Of a stretch of 64,000 bases of DNA, positions 38,733 through 47,957 are shown piece by piece. This DNA is from Verrucomicrobiales bacterium (GTDB lineage: Bacteria; Verrucomicrobiota; Verrucomicrobiia; Verrucomicrobiales; V1-33). Position 1 is the stretch's first letter. Each line of letters opens with the position of its first letter. Location: assembly GCA_031411295.1 (NCBI GenBank), contig JANOAV010000212.1, positions 32,001 through 96,000 of the forward strand, read 5' to 3'. The notes under the pieces were generated by a model. That model ran no database searches, was not told the origin of the DNA, and was given only the letters and a program-made list of their open reading frames with translations. Both the position numbers and the translations under genes were made by a program.

Positions 38733-41700
38733 ATGAAACGCCGTCTTCCATTGCTACTCCCCATCGGTATTGCTCTGCTGGCGATTATTAGCGCGACTCA
38801 ATTTGCCACCGGCCCCGTGGCGGATGCGCCCAAACGGTCAGCGACAACATCGCGCTTAATGCCCGTTGCGGAAATTGCTCCAGCGCTGCCCAGAACTTCG
38901 TCTCGGCCGCAATTTCCAGCGGAGTTCCCGACTAATCTCCGGGCGATGGAGGCCGGCACGTCGTGGTCGATCAAGCTGCCGAATGGTAGGGAGATGCAAG
39001 CTCAGGTGAATTTAGGGGAAGAGGACAATAACCGCTGGTTAGTGGCAGGTGGCTTGGGAACAGAAGGCACGTTCAGCTTGGCGCAGGCGAACGAGGGGAA
39101 AGCGCTCAGTGGCTGGTTCATTCACTACGGGGAGCCTGATGCCTGGGTGGTGACGTCCGATGAGGCAGGAAATCCGGCGTGGAGTCAACAGCCGGTTTCC
39201 TCCATCGTTTGTCTGCCGCCGGGGACCAATGCCATGCTGGCTCCGGCTGGTGGCACTGTAGGCGGGGTGCCATTCACGCCGGACATCCCCAATAAATCCA
39301 GTCGGCCTGGCAGCAGTTCCGTGCTGTTTCTCGATTTCCGCGGCGGCAGCATTGCCATTGGGGGGTGGAACAATGGGACCACTATCAATTACAGTGCCCC
39401 CTGTTTCGACCGCACCATGCTGGATAAAATCATTACCCGAGTTACTGAATTCTACGCTCCGTTCAACGTCAACATTACCACGGATGTGACCACCTATAAT
39501 AATGCCACGGTGGGTCGGCGGATGCGCTGCATCGTTGCCCAAAAGGACATCAGCGGCAACGAAATCAATGGAGGTATTGGCGGCGTGGCGCACACGGGAG
39601 ACTTCCGGGCGGCGGGCACGGGATCCGTGCCCTCTAACGCGGTCTGCTGGGCGTTTGCCAACCCGCCTGCCTCCACACCGGATATAATCGTCGTTGAGCG
39701 CCTGGGCGATTCCATTGCTCATGAATTAGGGCACACGCTGGGCTTGCTGCATTGGAGCACTAGTGCTTATCCGGGCGGCCCCGGAGAGTATTATCCTGCG
39801 CAGGGTTTGCAGCTTCATGGCCCACGCAGCCCCGATGGGTGGGCTCCACTGATGGGAGATTTCAATTATGCGAGTCTGATCCAGTGGGCCAAGGGGGAAT
39901 ACTCTGGCGCAGAAAACCGCGGACTAACAACGAAGCAGGATGACTTGGCTGTGATCTCAAATTCCCTCGGAGCAGGCAGTTCAGCTTATCTGACCGACGA
40001 CAAAGGTAATGACCGCGCGTCCGCCACCACTCTGCATGTTAGCGGAGTGGCACCTGACGACAGCGGAGTGATCGGATCCTCAACAGATGATGACTATTTC
40101 AAAATTACAACCATCGCCACTGGAGACATCTCATTGGAGATCACTGCGCTGCTCAGTGATGGCCCACTGGATTTATATGCCGAACTGCAAAATGCTTCAG
40201 GTGCAGTGCTGGCCTCGAATGCCAAGGCCGATTCCCGTAGTGCCGCTGTCGGGGCGACGGGGCTGGCGGCAGGAACTTATTATCTGCTAGTGCGCGGCAA
40301 TGCGCAGGCCAATCCAGCGACTGATGGGTGGTCGCGCTATGGGAGCGTGGGAACCTATAAAATTACCGGCACCATTAGCGGGGCGCCCAACCCGGCCCGC
40401 ATCACGGCCAATGATCCCCCGCCAGACGGGGCGGTGGGGGTCGCGTATAATTTTCCGCTGCTGAGCACGTTTGCTCCCACCTCCTACTATTCCACAAGTG
40501 GAGTCTTGCCGCCTGGCTTGGGGATTAGCGGAGACGCAATCGCTGGCATTCCGACGCAGGCCGGAGTTTACAGCATCAATCTGGCCGTGGCCAATGCGGC
40601 TGGTGGCACAGCCAAAACCTTCACCTTCACCATCTACGGCAGCGTGAGTCTGCCGGACGCGTTGGACGCCTTTCCGCAAAGTTGGACCTCTACCTCGCCC
40701 CCATCCAGCGCCCCGGCCACGCTCTGGCAAGGCCAGCGCATTTTTTCCCACGACGGAACAGATGCGGCCCGCAGTGGAGCCATTGGGGCGAACACAGATT
40801 CAATTTTAAGCACTGATCTCACAGGCCCAGGGCTACTGACCTTCTGGTGGAAGACTAGTTCTGACAGTTCAGGTCAGGGGGATCGACTTATTTTAAAAAT
40901 TGATGCCACGGAGCAGCTGAACCCCATCAGCGGGATTAACAACTGGACGCAGAAATCCGTCACGATTGCGCAGGGCACGCATACGGTGAGTTGGATCTAT
41001 CGCAAGGATGCCGGCACCACTGCCGGGGAAGATGCCGGCTTTGTGGACCAAGTGAGCTACACCCAAGTGCCGCAGTATCCGGCGGGAAATTTCTACGCCG
41101 CAGGCATCATCGGCAAGCCTTTTTCCTGGCCGATCCAAGCCACCGGCAGTCCCACATCGTGGTCCCTAACAGGTGGCGCATTGCCGCCAAATGTGAACCT
41201 GACCGTAAACGCCAGCACCGGAGTGCTTTCCGGCACGCCCACAGCCACAGGGGCATACGATCCGCAAATCTCCGCCACTAATGCTGGCGGCACTTCCAGC
41301 ACGTTTCCCACCGTTTACATTTACCCAGACATTTCCTTGCCTGTGGCAATGGACAACGGCGGCTTCACATGGCTTACGGGAGGGGCCAATCCTTGGTTTG
41401 GGGATACTGCCACCACCCACGATGGCACAGATGCCGCCCACTCCGGGCCAGTTAGGCACGGGTTGAATTCCTGGCTCCAAACTACCGTCAGCGGTCCAGG
41501 CACCCTTTCATTTTGGTGGAAGGCCAGCACGGAACTCAATGGTGATCCCCTCACCTTCAGTCTGGACGGCAATGCGCAAAATAGCATCAGTGGTGAAGTG
41601 GATTGGATCCAGCGAACCTATTCCATCGGCGCAGGCACGCACACGCTGCGCTGGGAGTATGCCCGGGACGGTGGTGGCAACGGGGGGCAAAACATGGGAT

Positions 41701-42416
41701 GGGTGGATCAGGTTAGCTGGATCACTCCCGGCCCTACAATCACCAGTCCATTAACTGTAAATTGGACCTGCGGTCAGCAAGCTGGAGTGCCTCTGACGGC
41801 GGATGATCCCAATGTGGTTTGGACCATGAGCGGCAGCCTGCCGCAAGGGGTCTTTTTCCTGGGAAATCCCACGAACTACATTGGCGCAGTGCCGTTTCGG
41901 CCAGGCACCTTCAATTTCACGCTCATGGCCACCAACGCCCAGAGCACCACCACCACCCGCACGTTCACCATGATAGTGGAATCCTCCTACACCGCCTGGG
42001 CGCGGGGCAAAGGACTGGCCGCGGGCAGCGAACTGCAAGATCCTGACAAAGATGGCATTTCCAATATTGCTGAACTGGCCTTCGCACTGGACCCCTCGGT
42101 TCGCAATGCACCCTACCAACCCATCAGCTATGATCCCGCCACCAAACGACTGAAGGCCTCCTTTAAACGCCGTCATCAATACTATCCGGACTTGATGTAT
42201 GAAGTCCAAGTCTCACCTAACATGCAGACATGGACTACCATCGCTCGATCCGATAACGGCAGCACCCCGCAGAACATGGGAGGGGCCCAAAGCATCACAG
42301 AAACAGAGGCCGTGCCCACGGGCCAGTCCGTCTATGATTGCGTTGTTATCGATGGCACGCCTCAGTCTGCCAGCACGCCCCGTCGCTACATGCGCGTGAA
42401 AATCACGCAACTCTGA
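38733..42416 (+). CDS. secreted metzincin-type Zn protease with PPC and Ig (He_PIG-like) repeats
   Basis: Signal peptide; HELGHTLGLLH; WAPLMG Met-turn; D.DYF/GTYYL PPC; LPPGL..G.I.G.P Ig repeats; duplicated HDG.DAA.SG..GPG.L.FWWK module. Confidence 0.85.
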   Translation: MKRRLPLLLPIGIALLAIISATQFATGPVADAPKRSATTSRLMPVAEIAPALPRTSSRPQFPAEFPTNLRAMEAGTSWSIKLPNGREMQAQVNLGEEDNNRWLVAGGLGTEGTFSLAQANEGKALSGWFIHYGEPDAWVVTSDEAGNPAWSQQPVSSIVCLPPGTNAMLAPAGGTVGGVPFTPDIPNKSSRPGSSSVLFLDFRGGSIAIGGWNNGTTINYSAPCFDRTMLDKIITRVTEFYAPFNVNITTDVTTYNNATVGRRMRCIVAQKDISGNEINGGIGGVAHTGDFRAAGTGSVPSNAVCWAFANPPASTPDIIVVERLGDSIAHELGHTLGLLHWSTSAYPGGPGEYYPAQGLQLHGPRSPDGWAPLMGDFNYASLIQWAKGEYSGAENRGLTTKQDDLAVISNSLGAGSSAYLTDDKGNDRASATTLHVSGVAPDDSGVIGSSTDDDYFKITTIATGDISLEITALLSDGPLDLYAELQNASGAVLASNAKADSRSAAVGATGLAAGTYYLLVRGNAQANPATDGWSRYGSVGTYKITGTISGAPNPARITANDPPPDGAVGVAYNFPLLSTFAPTSYYSTSGVLPPGLGISGDAIAGIPTQAGVYSINLAVANAAGGTAKTFTFTIYGSVSLPDALDAFPQSWTSTSPPSSAPATLWQGQRIFSHDGTDAARSGAIGANTDSILSTDLTGPGLLTFWWKTSSDSSGQGDRLILKIDATEQLNPISGINNWTQKSVTIAQGTHTVSWIYRKDAGTTAGEDAGFVDQVSYTQVPQYPAGNFYAAGIIGKPFSWPIQATGSPTSWSLTGGALPPNVNLTVNASTGVLSGTPTATGAYDPQISATNAGGTSSTFPTVYIYPDISLPVAMDNGGFTWLTGGANPWFGDTATTHDGTDAAHSGPVRHGLNSWLQTTVSGPGTLSFWWKASTELNGDPLTFSLDGNAQNSISGEVDWIQRTYSIGAGTHTLRWEYARDGGGNGGQNMGWVDQVSWITPGPTITSPLTVNWTCGQQAGVPLTADDPNVVWTMSGSLPQGVFFLGNPTNYIGAVPFRPGTFNFTLMATNAQSTTTTRTFTMIVESSYTAWARGKGLAAGSELQDPDKDGISNIAELAFALDPSVRNAPYQPISYDPATKRLKASFKRRHQYYPDLMYEVQVSPNMQTWTTIARSDNGSTPQNMGGAQSITETEAVPTGQSVYDCVVIDGTPQSASTPRRYMRVKITQL

Positions 42417-42487
42417 GGCGCTAAGCTGCACGCTTCTCGTTACGTTGAGCGTAATAATTACAGAATGATGCTTTTTACCGATCCGTC

Positions 42488-42838
42488 TCAGGAGCATTGG
42501 GTCCCACAATCCGGACACTGGGCCACGGGGGTTCTCAATTCTAACTCGCAGACAGGGCATCGGGGTGTGCCGTAGAGCGGGTCGTCGGGATCGTCCCGCA
42601 GGCCGCGCAACTGGATCACGCCGCCACTTTTGAGGCAGTGGATGGGCGCGCCAGCTTCATCTGGAAACGAGAGTTCATCGAAGCAGTGCGTGGTATGGCA
42701 GGTGGGGCACCAGTAAATGATGATCATGGTGAGGTGGGGACACGGGGTCACGGCTAAGAAAGCAGACCCACGGAGTTTGTCCACCAGCCACTCGATTTGT
42801 TTTGAGAACGGAAGGACAAACCCGGCGGGGACATTCAT
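42488..42838 (-). CDS. Cys-rich zinc-ribbon-like hypothetical protein (start uncertain)
   Basis: CPTC, CPVC, CPDC motifs. Confidence 0.45.
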   Translation of the reverse strand: MNVPAGFVLPFSKQIEWLVDKLRGSAFLAVTPCPHLTMIIIYWCPTCHTTHCFDELSFPDEAGAPIHCLKSGGVIQLRGLRDDPDDPLYGTPRCPVCELELRTPVAQCPDCGTQCS

Positions 42839-42873
42839 GGGCGTGATGGTTGCGATGGCGGGGGCGATGGACT

Positions 42874-43035
42874 GGTGCCAGCGCACCCGTGCTTCCCTCA
42901 CCGCAGTTTTCAACTTGGTATGACAAAGCCTATCACTCCCCGTAGATGTTCGACCGAATGCTGACGGATCAATGGTGCTCTCCGAATCGGTTCGACACGG
43001 TGAATAATTACCGTTTCTAGCCAGAACTCAGTGGT
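42874..43035 (+). pseudogene. remnant 3' copy of the 35785-36063 gene
   Basis: Colinear with 35917-36077; CAA codon replaced by TAG (YHPLQ vs YHSP*). Confidence 0.8.
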
Positions 43036-43047
43036 ATCCCCTCCGGC

Positions 43048-43914
43048 TTACAACTGCGCCAGGTAGGCACGCAGCTCTGCGGCGGTATCCTCTCGCTGGA
43101 GGGCGTAGTGCAGGTTGGCCTTGAGGAAATCCACCTTGTTGCCGATGTCATGACGCTGGCCGGCGTAACGCAGACCATAGCAGGGTTCGCAGGCCAGTAA
43201 GGCCCGCATGGCGTCGGTGAGTTGGATCTCTCCGCCCTTGCCGGGCTTGGTTTCGGCCAGGGTTTGGAAAATGGTGGGGGTGAACAAGTAGCGTGCGGAG
43301 ACTGCGAACTGACTGGGGGCTTCTTCAATGGACGGTTTTTCCACCCAAGTGGAAATCTTCATCAGGCGCTCGCTTTCCATGGTGCCGCCAGCGATCCCGT
43401 AGCGACACACTTTCTCCTGCGGCACGTGTTGGAGTGCCACGACTGAGGCTTGCTTGGAGGAAAATTCGTCGATTAATTGGCCCAGCACCGGCCGGGCCGT
43501 GGCCGATTCCAGAATGCAATCGCCTAGCATGATGGCGAAGGGATCGTCTCCCACAAAGGAACGAGCGTGCATGACCGCATCTCCCAATCCGCGCATTTCC
43601 TGCTGCCAGACGAATTGAATCCGAGCCAGGGAATTGAGGCGCTCCACGCTTTCCAGTTCAGCAGACTTACCTTTGGCACGCAGTTCATTTTCCAGCTCTG
43701 GCAGACTGTGGAAATACTCTTCAATGGCGCGCTTGCCCCGGCTGATGATGAATAGAATGTCCGTGATGCCACTGGCCACGGCCTCCTCCACCACGTATTG
43801 CACCACGGGCTTGTCCACAATGGGGAGCATTTCTTTGGGAATACTTTTGGCAATGGGCAGCAGACGGGTGCCGAATCCGGCGGCAGGGATGATGGCTTTG
43901 GTAACGGGAGGCAT
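43048..43914 (-). CDS. galU: UTP-glucose-1-phosphate uridylyltransferase
   Basis: KAIIPAAGFGTRLLP..K.IPKEMLPIVDKP, GLGDAV, VEKP, GEIQLTDA. Confidence 0.95.
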   Translation of the reverse strand: MPPVTKAIIPAAGFGTRLLPIAKSIPKEMLPIVDKPVVQYVVEEAVASGITDILFIISRGKRAIEEYFHSLPELENELRAKGKSAELESVERLNSLARIQFVWQQEMRGLGDAVMHARSFVGDDPFAIMLGDCILESATARPVLGQLIDEFSSKQASVVALQHVPQEKVCRYGIAGGTMESERLMKISTWVEKPSIEEAPSQFAVSARYLFTPTIFQTLAETKPGKGGEIQLTDAMRALLACEPCYGLRYAGQRHDIGNKVDFLKANLHYALQREDTAAELRAYLAQL

Positions 43915-44012
43915 GGGATGGATGGAAAGGAACGGTTCGTAACACAAGCCGAGGCGGCTTCCAAGCGTAAAGCGCCGCCTGCTCGCGAAATCGTGAATTC
44001 GCGAATTAACGC

Positions 44013-44735
44013 CTACCACTCCAAGCTGGTAACGGGCAACCGCGTGGCATTGGTCCTGGATTGCACAATCTGCCCGTCCTTCAAATACAGCACCCGATCC
44101 GCCATTTCCGCCATGGCGGCATTGTGGGTTATGATCACAGTTAGGGTGCCAAGCTCCCGATTGATCCGTTCGACGGCCTCCAGCACCGCTATCCCCGTGG
44201 TCACATCCAGGGCGCCCGTCGGTTCATCGCAGAGCAACACCTCAGGCCGTTTCGCGATCGCGCGGGCGATGGCCACGCGTTGCTGCTCTCCTCCGGAAAG
44301 TTGACTGGGAAAATGATCCATGCGGGCAGTCAGGCCCACCATTTCCAGTGCTTCCTCTGGCTTCATGGGGTCGCGGGAGATCTCCGTAATGAGGGCCACA
44401 TTCTCCCGCGCGGTCAGGCTGGGGATCAGGTTATAAAACTGGAACACAAATCCCACACAGTTCCGCCGAAACAGGGTCAGCGTCGTTTCGTCCACATTGG
44501 TCAGGTCCCACCCTTTGTAGGCCAGCCGCCCCTCACTCGGCACATCCAACCCGCCCAGAATATTCAGCAAGGTAGATTTGCCACTACCAGAGGCCCCGAG
44601 CAGGACCACCAGTTCACTGGCGCGGAAATCCACCGTCACCCCGTGCAACGCCACCACATCAAGCTCGCCAGTCTGGTAAACTTTGCGCAAGCCTTCAGCA
44701 GAAAATATCACAGGCGATTCGGGGGGAGCACTCAC
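44013..44735 (-). CDS. ABC ATP-binding protein, LolD/MacB-type (start uncertain)
   Basis: [40 protein letters not shown]; no permease adjacent. Confidence 0.88.
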   Translation of the reverse strand: MSAPPESPVIFSAEGLRKVYQTGELDVVALHGVTVDFRASELVVLLGASGSGKSTLLNILGGLDVPSEGRLAYKGWDLTNVDETTLTLFRRNCVGFVFQFYNLIPSLTARENVALITEISRDPMKPEEALEMVGLTARMDHFPSQLSGGEQQRVAIARAIAKRPEVLLCDEPTGALDVTTGIAVLEAVERINRELGTLTVIITHNAAMAEMADRVLYLKDGQIVQSRTNATRLPVTSLEW

Positions 44736-44786
44736 AGATTTCCAAACAGGCCGCGAATCTTCCGGGAGGCAAGCGATTCGTGAAAG

Positions 44787-44858
44787 TAGCTCCAGCGGGG
44801 ATCGAACCCACATTTGACGTTTAGGAAACACCCGTTCTATCCATTGAACTATGGAGCC
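44787..44858 (-). tRNA. tRNA-Arg(CCU)
   Basis: Reverse complement GGCTCCATAGTTCAATGGATAGAAC...TT CCT AA...GGTTCGATCC...TGGAGCTA. Confidence 0.9.
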
Positions 44859-45055
44859 ATTTGATGATCAGCGAGTTACGCGGATTTTTCGGTAGAAAAA
44901 ACGGGCGACCTGCTAATAGGAGCGCGCAAACGTCCATGCAAATCCACCCATGCTTTTCCTCGCAGATTATTCCATCTATTACCCAATCCGCAACATGTTG
45001 TGTAGGATTTCGGTCCTTGGCACTAGTTTGAAGGCATCGCAAATTTTTTTCCTGC

Positions 45056-45379
45056 TCAGCGCAGCCTCTTGGCTTCCTTGATCCGCTCCCGGAAATAGTA
45101 GGGGCGGCGTTTTCCGTGGGCGAGCGCAAGCACCACCACACGCTGCTGCCATAGCATAAATGCCAGATACCACTCGCTGAATTGCGGTTCCAGATTAACC
45201 CTCCGCACCTTTAATGCCCGCTCGCGATAAAGCAATGGAGCCGCTTGGATGGCAGCGAAATGTTGGGAAATGCACCGCTCGAAATCCAGTGCTATCTCTG
45301 CCCCGGCCTCCAAGGCATAGTAGCGGATGGCGTCGTTGAATTCCTCCCAGACGGCTGGATGAGTCAGCGGCAAACTCAT
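45056..45379 (-). CDS. RelE/ParE family toxin
   Basis: HPA..EE..DA..YY, R.V.L..F, V.ALAH.KRRP.Y. Confidence 0.8.
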   Translation of the reverse strand: MSLPLTHPAVWEEFNDAIRYYALEAGAEIALDFERCISQHFAAIQAAPLLYRERALKVRRVNLEPQFSEWYLAFMLWQQRVVVLALAHGKRRPYYFRERIKEAKRLR

Positions 45380-45663
45380 GCGGACAGATTCGTGCGCGGC
45401 GTGCGCTCGATGCCTAATTCTTCGAATAAGGCTTGCGTCCGCTGCTCGAACTCCGCTCCCGATACCAGTTCCACTTTCCCAGTCTGAAGGTCGTTCACTC
45501 GGCTGGCTATCTCCGCCTCCCATGCGCTGGCGGCTTCCGCGTCTGTTTCGTCGGCTGGTTCCACCGCTTCAAAACGACTCCGCAGCGAGGAATAGAATCG
45601 ATACTGCTCGGATCGTGGCAGTTCATCCACCTCGTGCATTAAGTTCTCTAGGGTCCGGCTCAT
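45376..45663 (-). CDS. addiction-module antitoxin component
   Basis: LP..E...AW.AEI..R..D...GKV.LV; ATGA overlap with toxin. Confidence 0.8.
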   Translation of the reverse strand: MSRTLENLMHEVDELPRSEQYRFYSSLRSRFEAVEPADETDAEAASAWEAEIASRVNDLQTGKVELVSGAEFEQRTQALFEELGIERTPRTNLSA

Positions 45664-45774
45664 GATAGCGCAAATTTAGTCCCAGCGCGGCGGTGTGTCA
45701 ATCTGCTACTCGAAACGAACGTCCAGTGGGTAATCGGCATCGACTGGACGGATGAGGGGATTCATGAGGGGAAG

Positions 45775-46506
45775 CTACCGCCGTTGCCACCGCGTGCCTT
45801 CCGCGATGGTATGCTGATATTTACGGGAGTGTTCGCGAATCAGGAATGGCAGATCTTGTCGCTCCTGGAGTTGGAAGGTCGCATCCAAATGTTGGTGGAG
45901 CCACGCCAAGGTCGTGCCTTGAGGCCAATGGGCTGACGGCGTGAAGTCTTCGAGCCAAGTGCACGGAGTGGTGAGAATGAGGCTCCCACCCGGATTTACC
46001 AATTCTGGCAAGCGCTGGAGTAAACGTTCCGGATCAGTTAGGCGACAAAGCAAATTAGCCGCGTGCACCAGATCGAACGTTCCCAGATCCGGTGGCAACT
46101 GCATGGCATCCCCTTGCTGAAAATGAATCCTTTCGGGTAGTCCATCGGCTGGGGCGGAAGCGTTCAGGGTCGTGAAGTGGTGCCCTTCATCGTGGCGTTG
46201 ATAGGCAATGGATTCACCTTGGCGCAAGCGCTCGGCGGCCTGAACGAAGCTCTGTGAGTAATCGATTCCGATCACCTCCGAGTAATGTTTACTCAGCTCA
46301 AAACTGGAGCGGCCCACGGCACACCCCAAGTCCAAGGCTCTGGTGCAGGATCCCGTGGTGGGCAGTAACTGGCTTACCGTCCGCACGGCAAAATCAAGCG
46401 CGGCAGAGGGCAATGAGGGATGGGAAATCAATTCGGCTTCCGTGCCGTAGTGGAAGAGGAGATACTCGCTGAGCAGGCGGGGCGTTTCGTAAAGGGGCGT
46501 GGACAT
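45775..46506 (-). CDS. SAM-dependent methyltransferase resembling the OvoA C-terminal domain
   Basis: YET..LL.EYL.FHYG, RALDLGCAVGR.SFEL, GIDYS..F, F.QGDA, ANL.CRL, P.TW.E.FT, D.PF.IRE..RK.Q. Confidence 0.75.
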   Translation of the reverse strand: MSTPLYETPRLLSEYLLFHYGTEAELISHPSLPSAALDFAVRTVSQLLPTTGSCTRALDLGCAVGRSSFELSKHYSEVIGIDYSQSFVQAAERLRQGESIAYQRHDEGHHFTTLNASAPADGLPERIHFQQGDAMQLPPDLGTFDLVHAANLLCRLTDPERLLQRLPELVNPGGSLILTTPCTWLEDFTPSAHWPQGTTLAWLHQHLDATFQLQERQDLPFLIREHSRKYQHTIAEGTRWQRR

Positions 46507-46528
46507 GAGGGTTAGTGAAACCAACCGA

Positions 46529-47710
46529 CTACGCCAGGGCCTCCAGCAAATACTGACTGGGGCGGAAGTGTTCGATGAGGATTTCCCGTTGGTCGCCCCG
46601 CTTCATGCGCACTTGGCTGATATCGAAATTGGGCGTCTTGTGAGGTGCGAAGAGGATGTCGTCGTGCGTGGCGTTGCGGTGCTTCTTGAACAGGTCAGGG
46701 GTGATGTGCCCACCCAGATGGTCATCGCGTCCGGTAGCCATGTGACAGGTGCCGAGGACTTTCTCATCCTGAATGTCCGCCCCGGAAACCGGCAGCACCT
46801 GGGTGCCGAAGCCCAGTTCGCCCAAGACGCCAGTCATGGGATCGTCGGCAAGCTTGGCGTTGTGTTCGTCGATCGTCTTTTGATTGCCCGCAATGAAGGT
46901 GGACTTGATGATGCGACCACCCACGACGGTCAGTTTCCCTAACGTGCCGTCTTCGTATTTCATGGGAAACATTCCTTCGGCTCCGGTCGGAACGAAATAA
47001 ACCTCACCTGCGGGCAGGTTCGCGATGTCTGGCTTGGTGCCGCGGCAGAGGCCGTGACTCTTCTGAGCTTCCTGGCCGCTGAGTTCGAGTTTAGCGGTGA
47101 GCACTTCGCCTGTCTCCAAGGTGAAATCGATCTCAATTTCATCCGCGTTGGTCATGGCGAGGCGGAGTTTCTCGGCATTGACGCTGACCTCGTTGTAATC
47201 CACCGCCAGGCCGGTGCTGAGGATGACGTCATTCACCCCATGCATGGTGGCCCCACGGAAATTGTATTTCTTGGCCATGGCCGTGAGCGGGGCGGTGGCA
47301 CTAAAGGTGGTGATGCAGAGGATGAGATCGTAGTCTGGATAAATGTCATTTTCCAAGCTCAACTCCTGGCCCTGTGCGTCCACGACGCGGTCCTCCAGAT
47401 CCAAGTTGCTGCCATAGGTCATGGGGATGGCATACATTTCCCCACCAATCATCCCGAGTTGTGCCATGACGCCGTTTTGCAGCCCCAGATAGAAGACGTC
47501 GTGCGCTTTGCGCTGGATGGCCCATTGGGGATCCTGGAGAAAGGCGTAGTCCTTCATTCCCTGCGGGTCTGGCAAATCGATTAAGACACAGACCTTGCGA
47601 CCTTTGACAGGTTCAAAGACGGTATGCAGCAGCCGACCGAGGTCGAACGGCGGGAACTGACGTTGGGCTGGATCGAGGATGATTTCAGGGGCGAGCGTAT
47701 TCATAGGCAT
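46529..47710 (-). CDS. M29/leucyl aminopeptidase-like protein
   Basis: NLPAGEVY, GELGFG, DEKVLGT.H.A.G, H.D. Confidence 0.65.
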   Translation of the reverse strand: MPMNTLAPEIILDPAQRQFPPFDLGRLLHTVFEPVKGRKVCVLIDLPDPQGMKDYAFLQDPQWAIQRKAHDVFYLGLQNGVMAQLGMIGGEMYAIPMTYGSNLDLEDRVVDAQGQELSLENDIYPDYDLILCITTFSATAPLTAMAKKYNFRGATMHGVNDVILSTGLAVDYNEVSVNAEKLRLAMTNADEIEIDFTLETGEVLTAKLELSGQEAQKSHGLCRGTKPDIANLPAGEVYFVPTGAEGMFPMKYEDGTLGKLTVVGGRIIKSTFIAGNQKTIDEHNAKLADDPMTGVLGELGFGTQVLPVSGADIQDEKVLGTCHMATGRDDHLGGHITPDLFKKHRNATHDDILFAPHKTPNFDISQVRMKRGDQREILIEHFRPSQYLLEALA

Positions 47711-47839
47711 GGAATTTTAAAATCTAAGGGATAACGAAACGAATCCTTCAGGACAATGGAGGCCGGGGCAGCTACATTTTCAAAAGAAATTTCCAGTGCA
47801 TTCGTGGGGACTCGCCCAGCGCCAAGGTTTCGGCACTGT

Positions 47840-47906
47840 GAATGTGGGACAGCCCGCTGGGCTGCTCAGGCCTTTGGAGATCAGCCCAGCGGGCTGACCC
47901 ACATTC
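47840..47906. repeat. 25-bp inverted repeat pair (REP doublet / stem-loop)
   Basis: GAATGTGGGACAGCCCGCTGGGCTG (47840-47864) vs CAGCCCAGCGGGCTGACCCACATTC (47882-47906), one mismatch. Confidence 0.7.
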
Positions 47907-47957
47907 TTTTGCAGATCTCGAAATCTGAAGGTAAATGGACTCAGTGGGAGGATGCGG

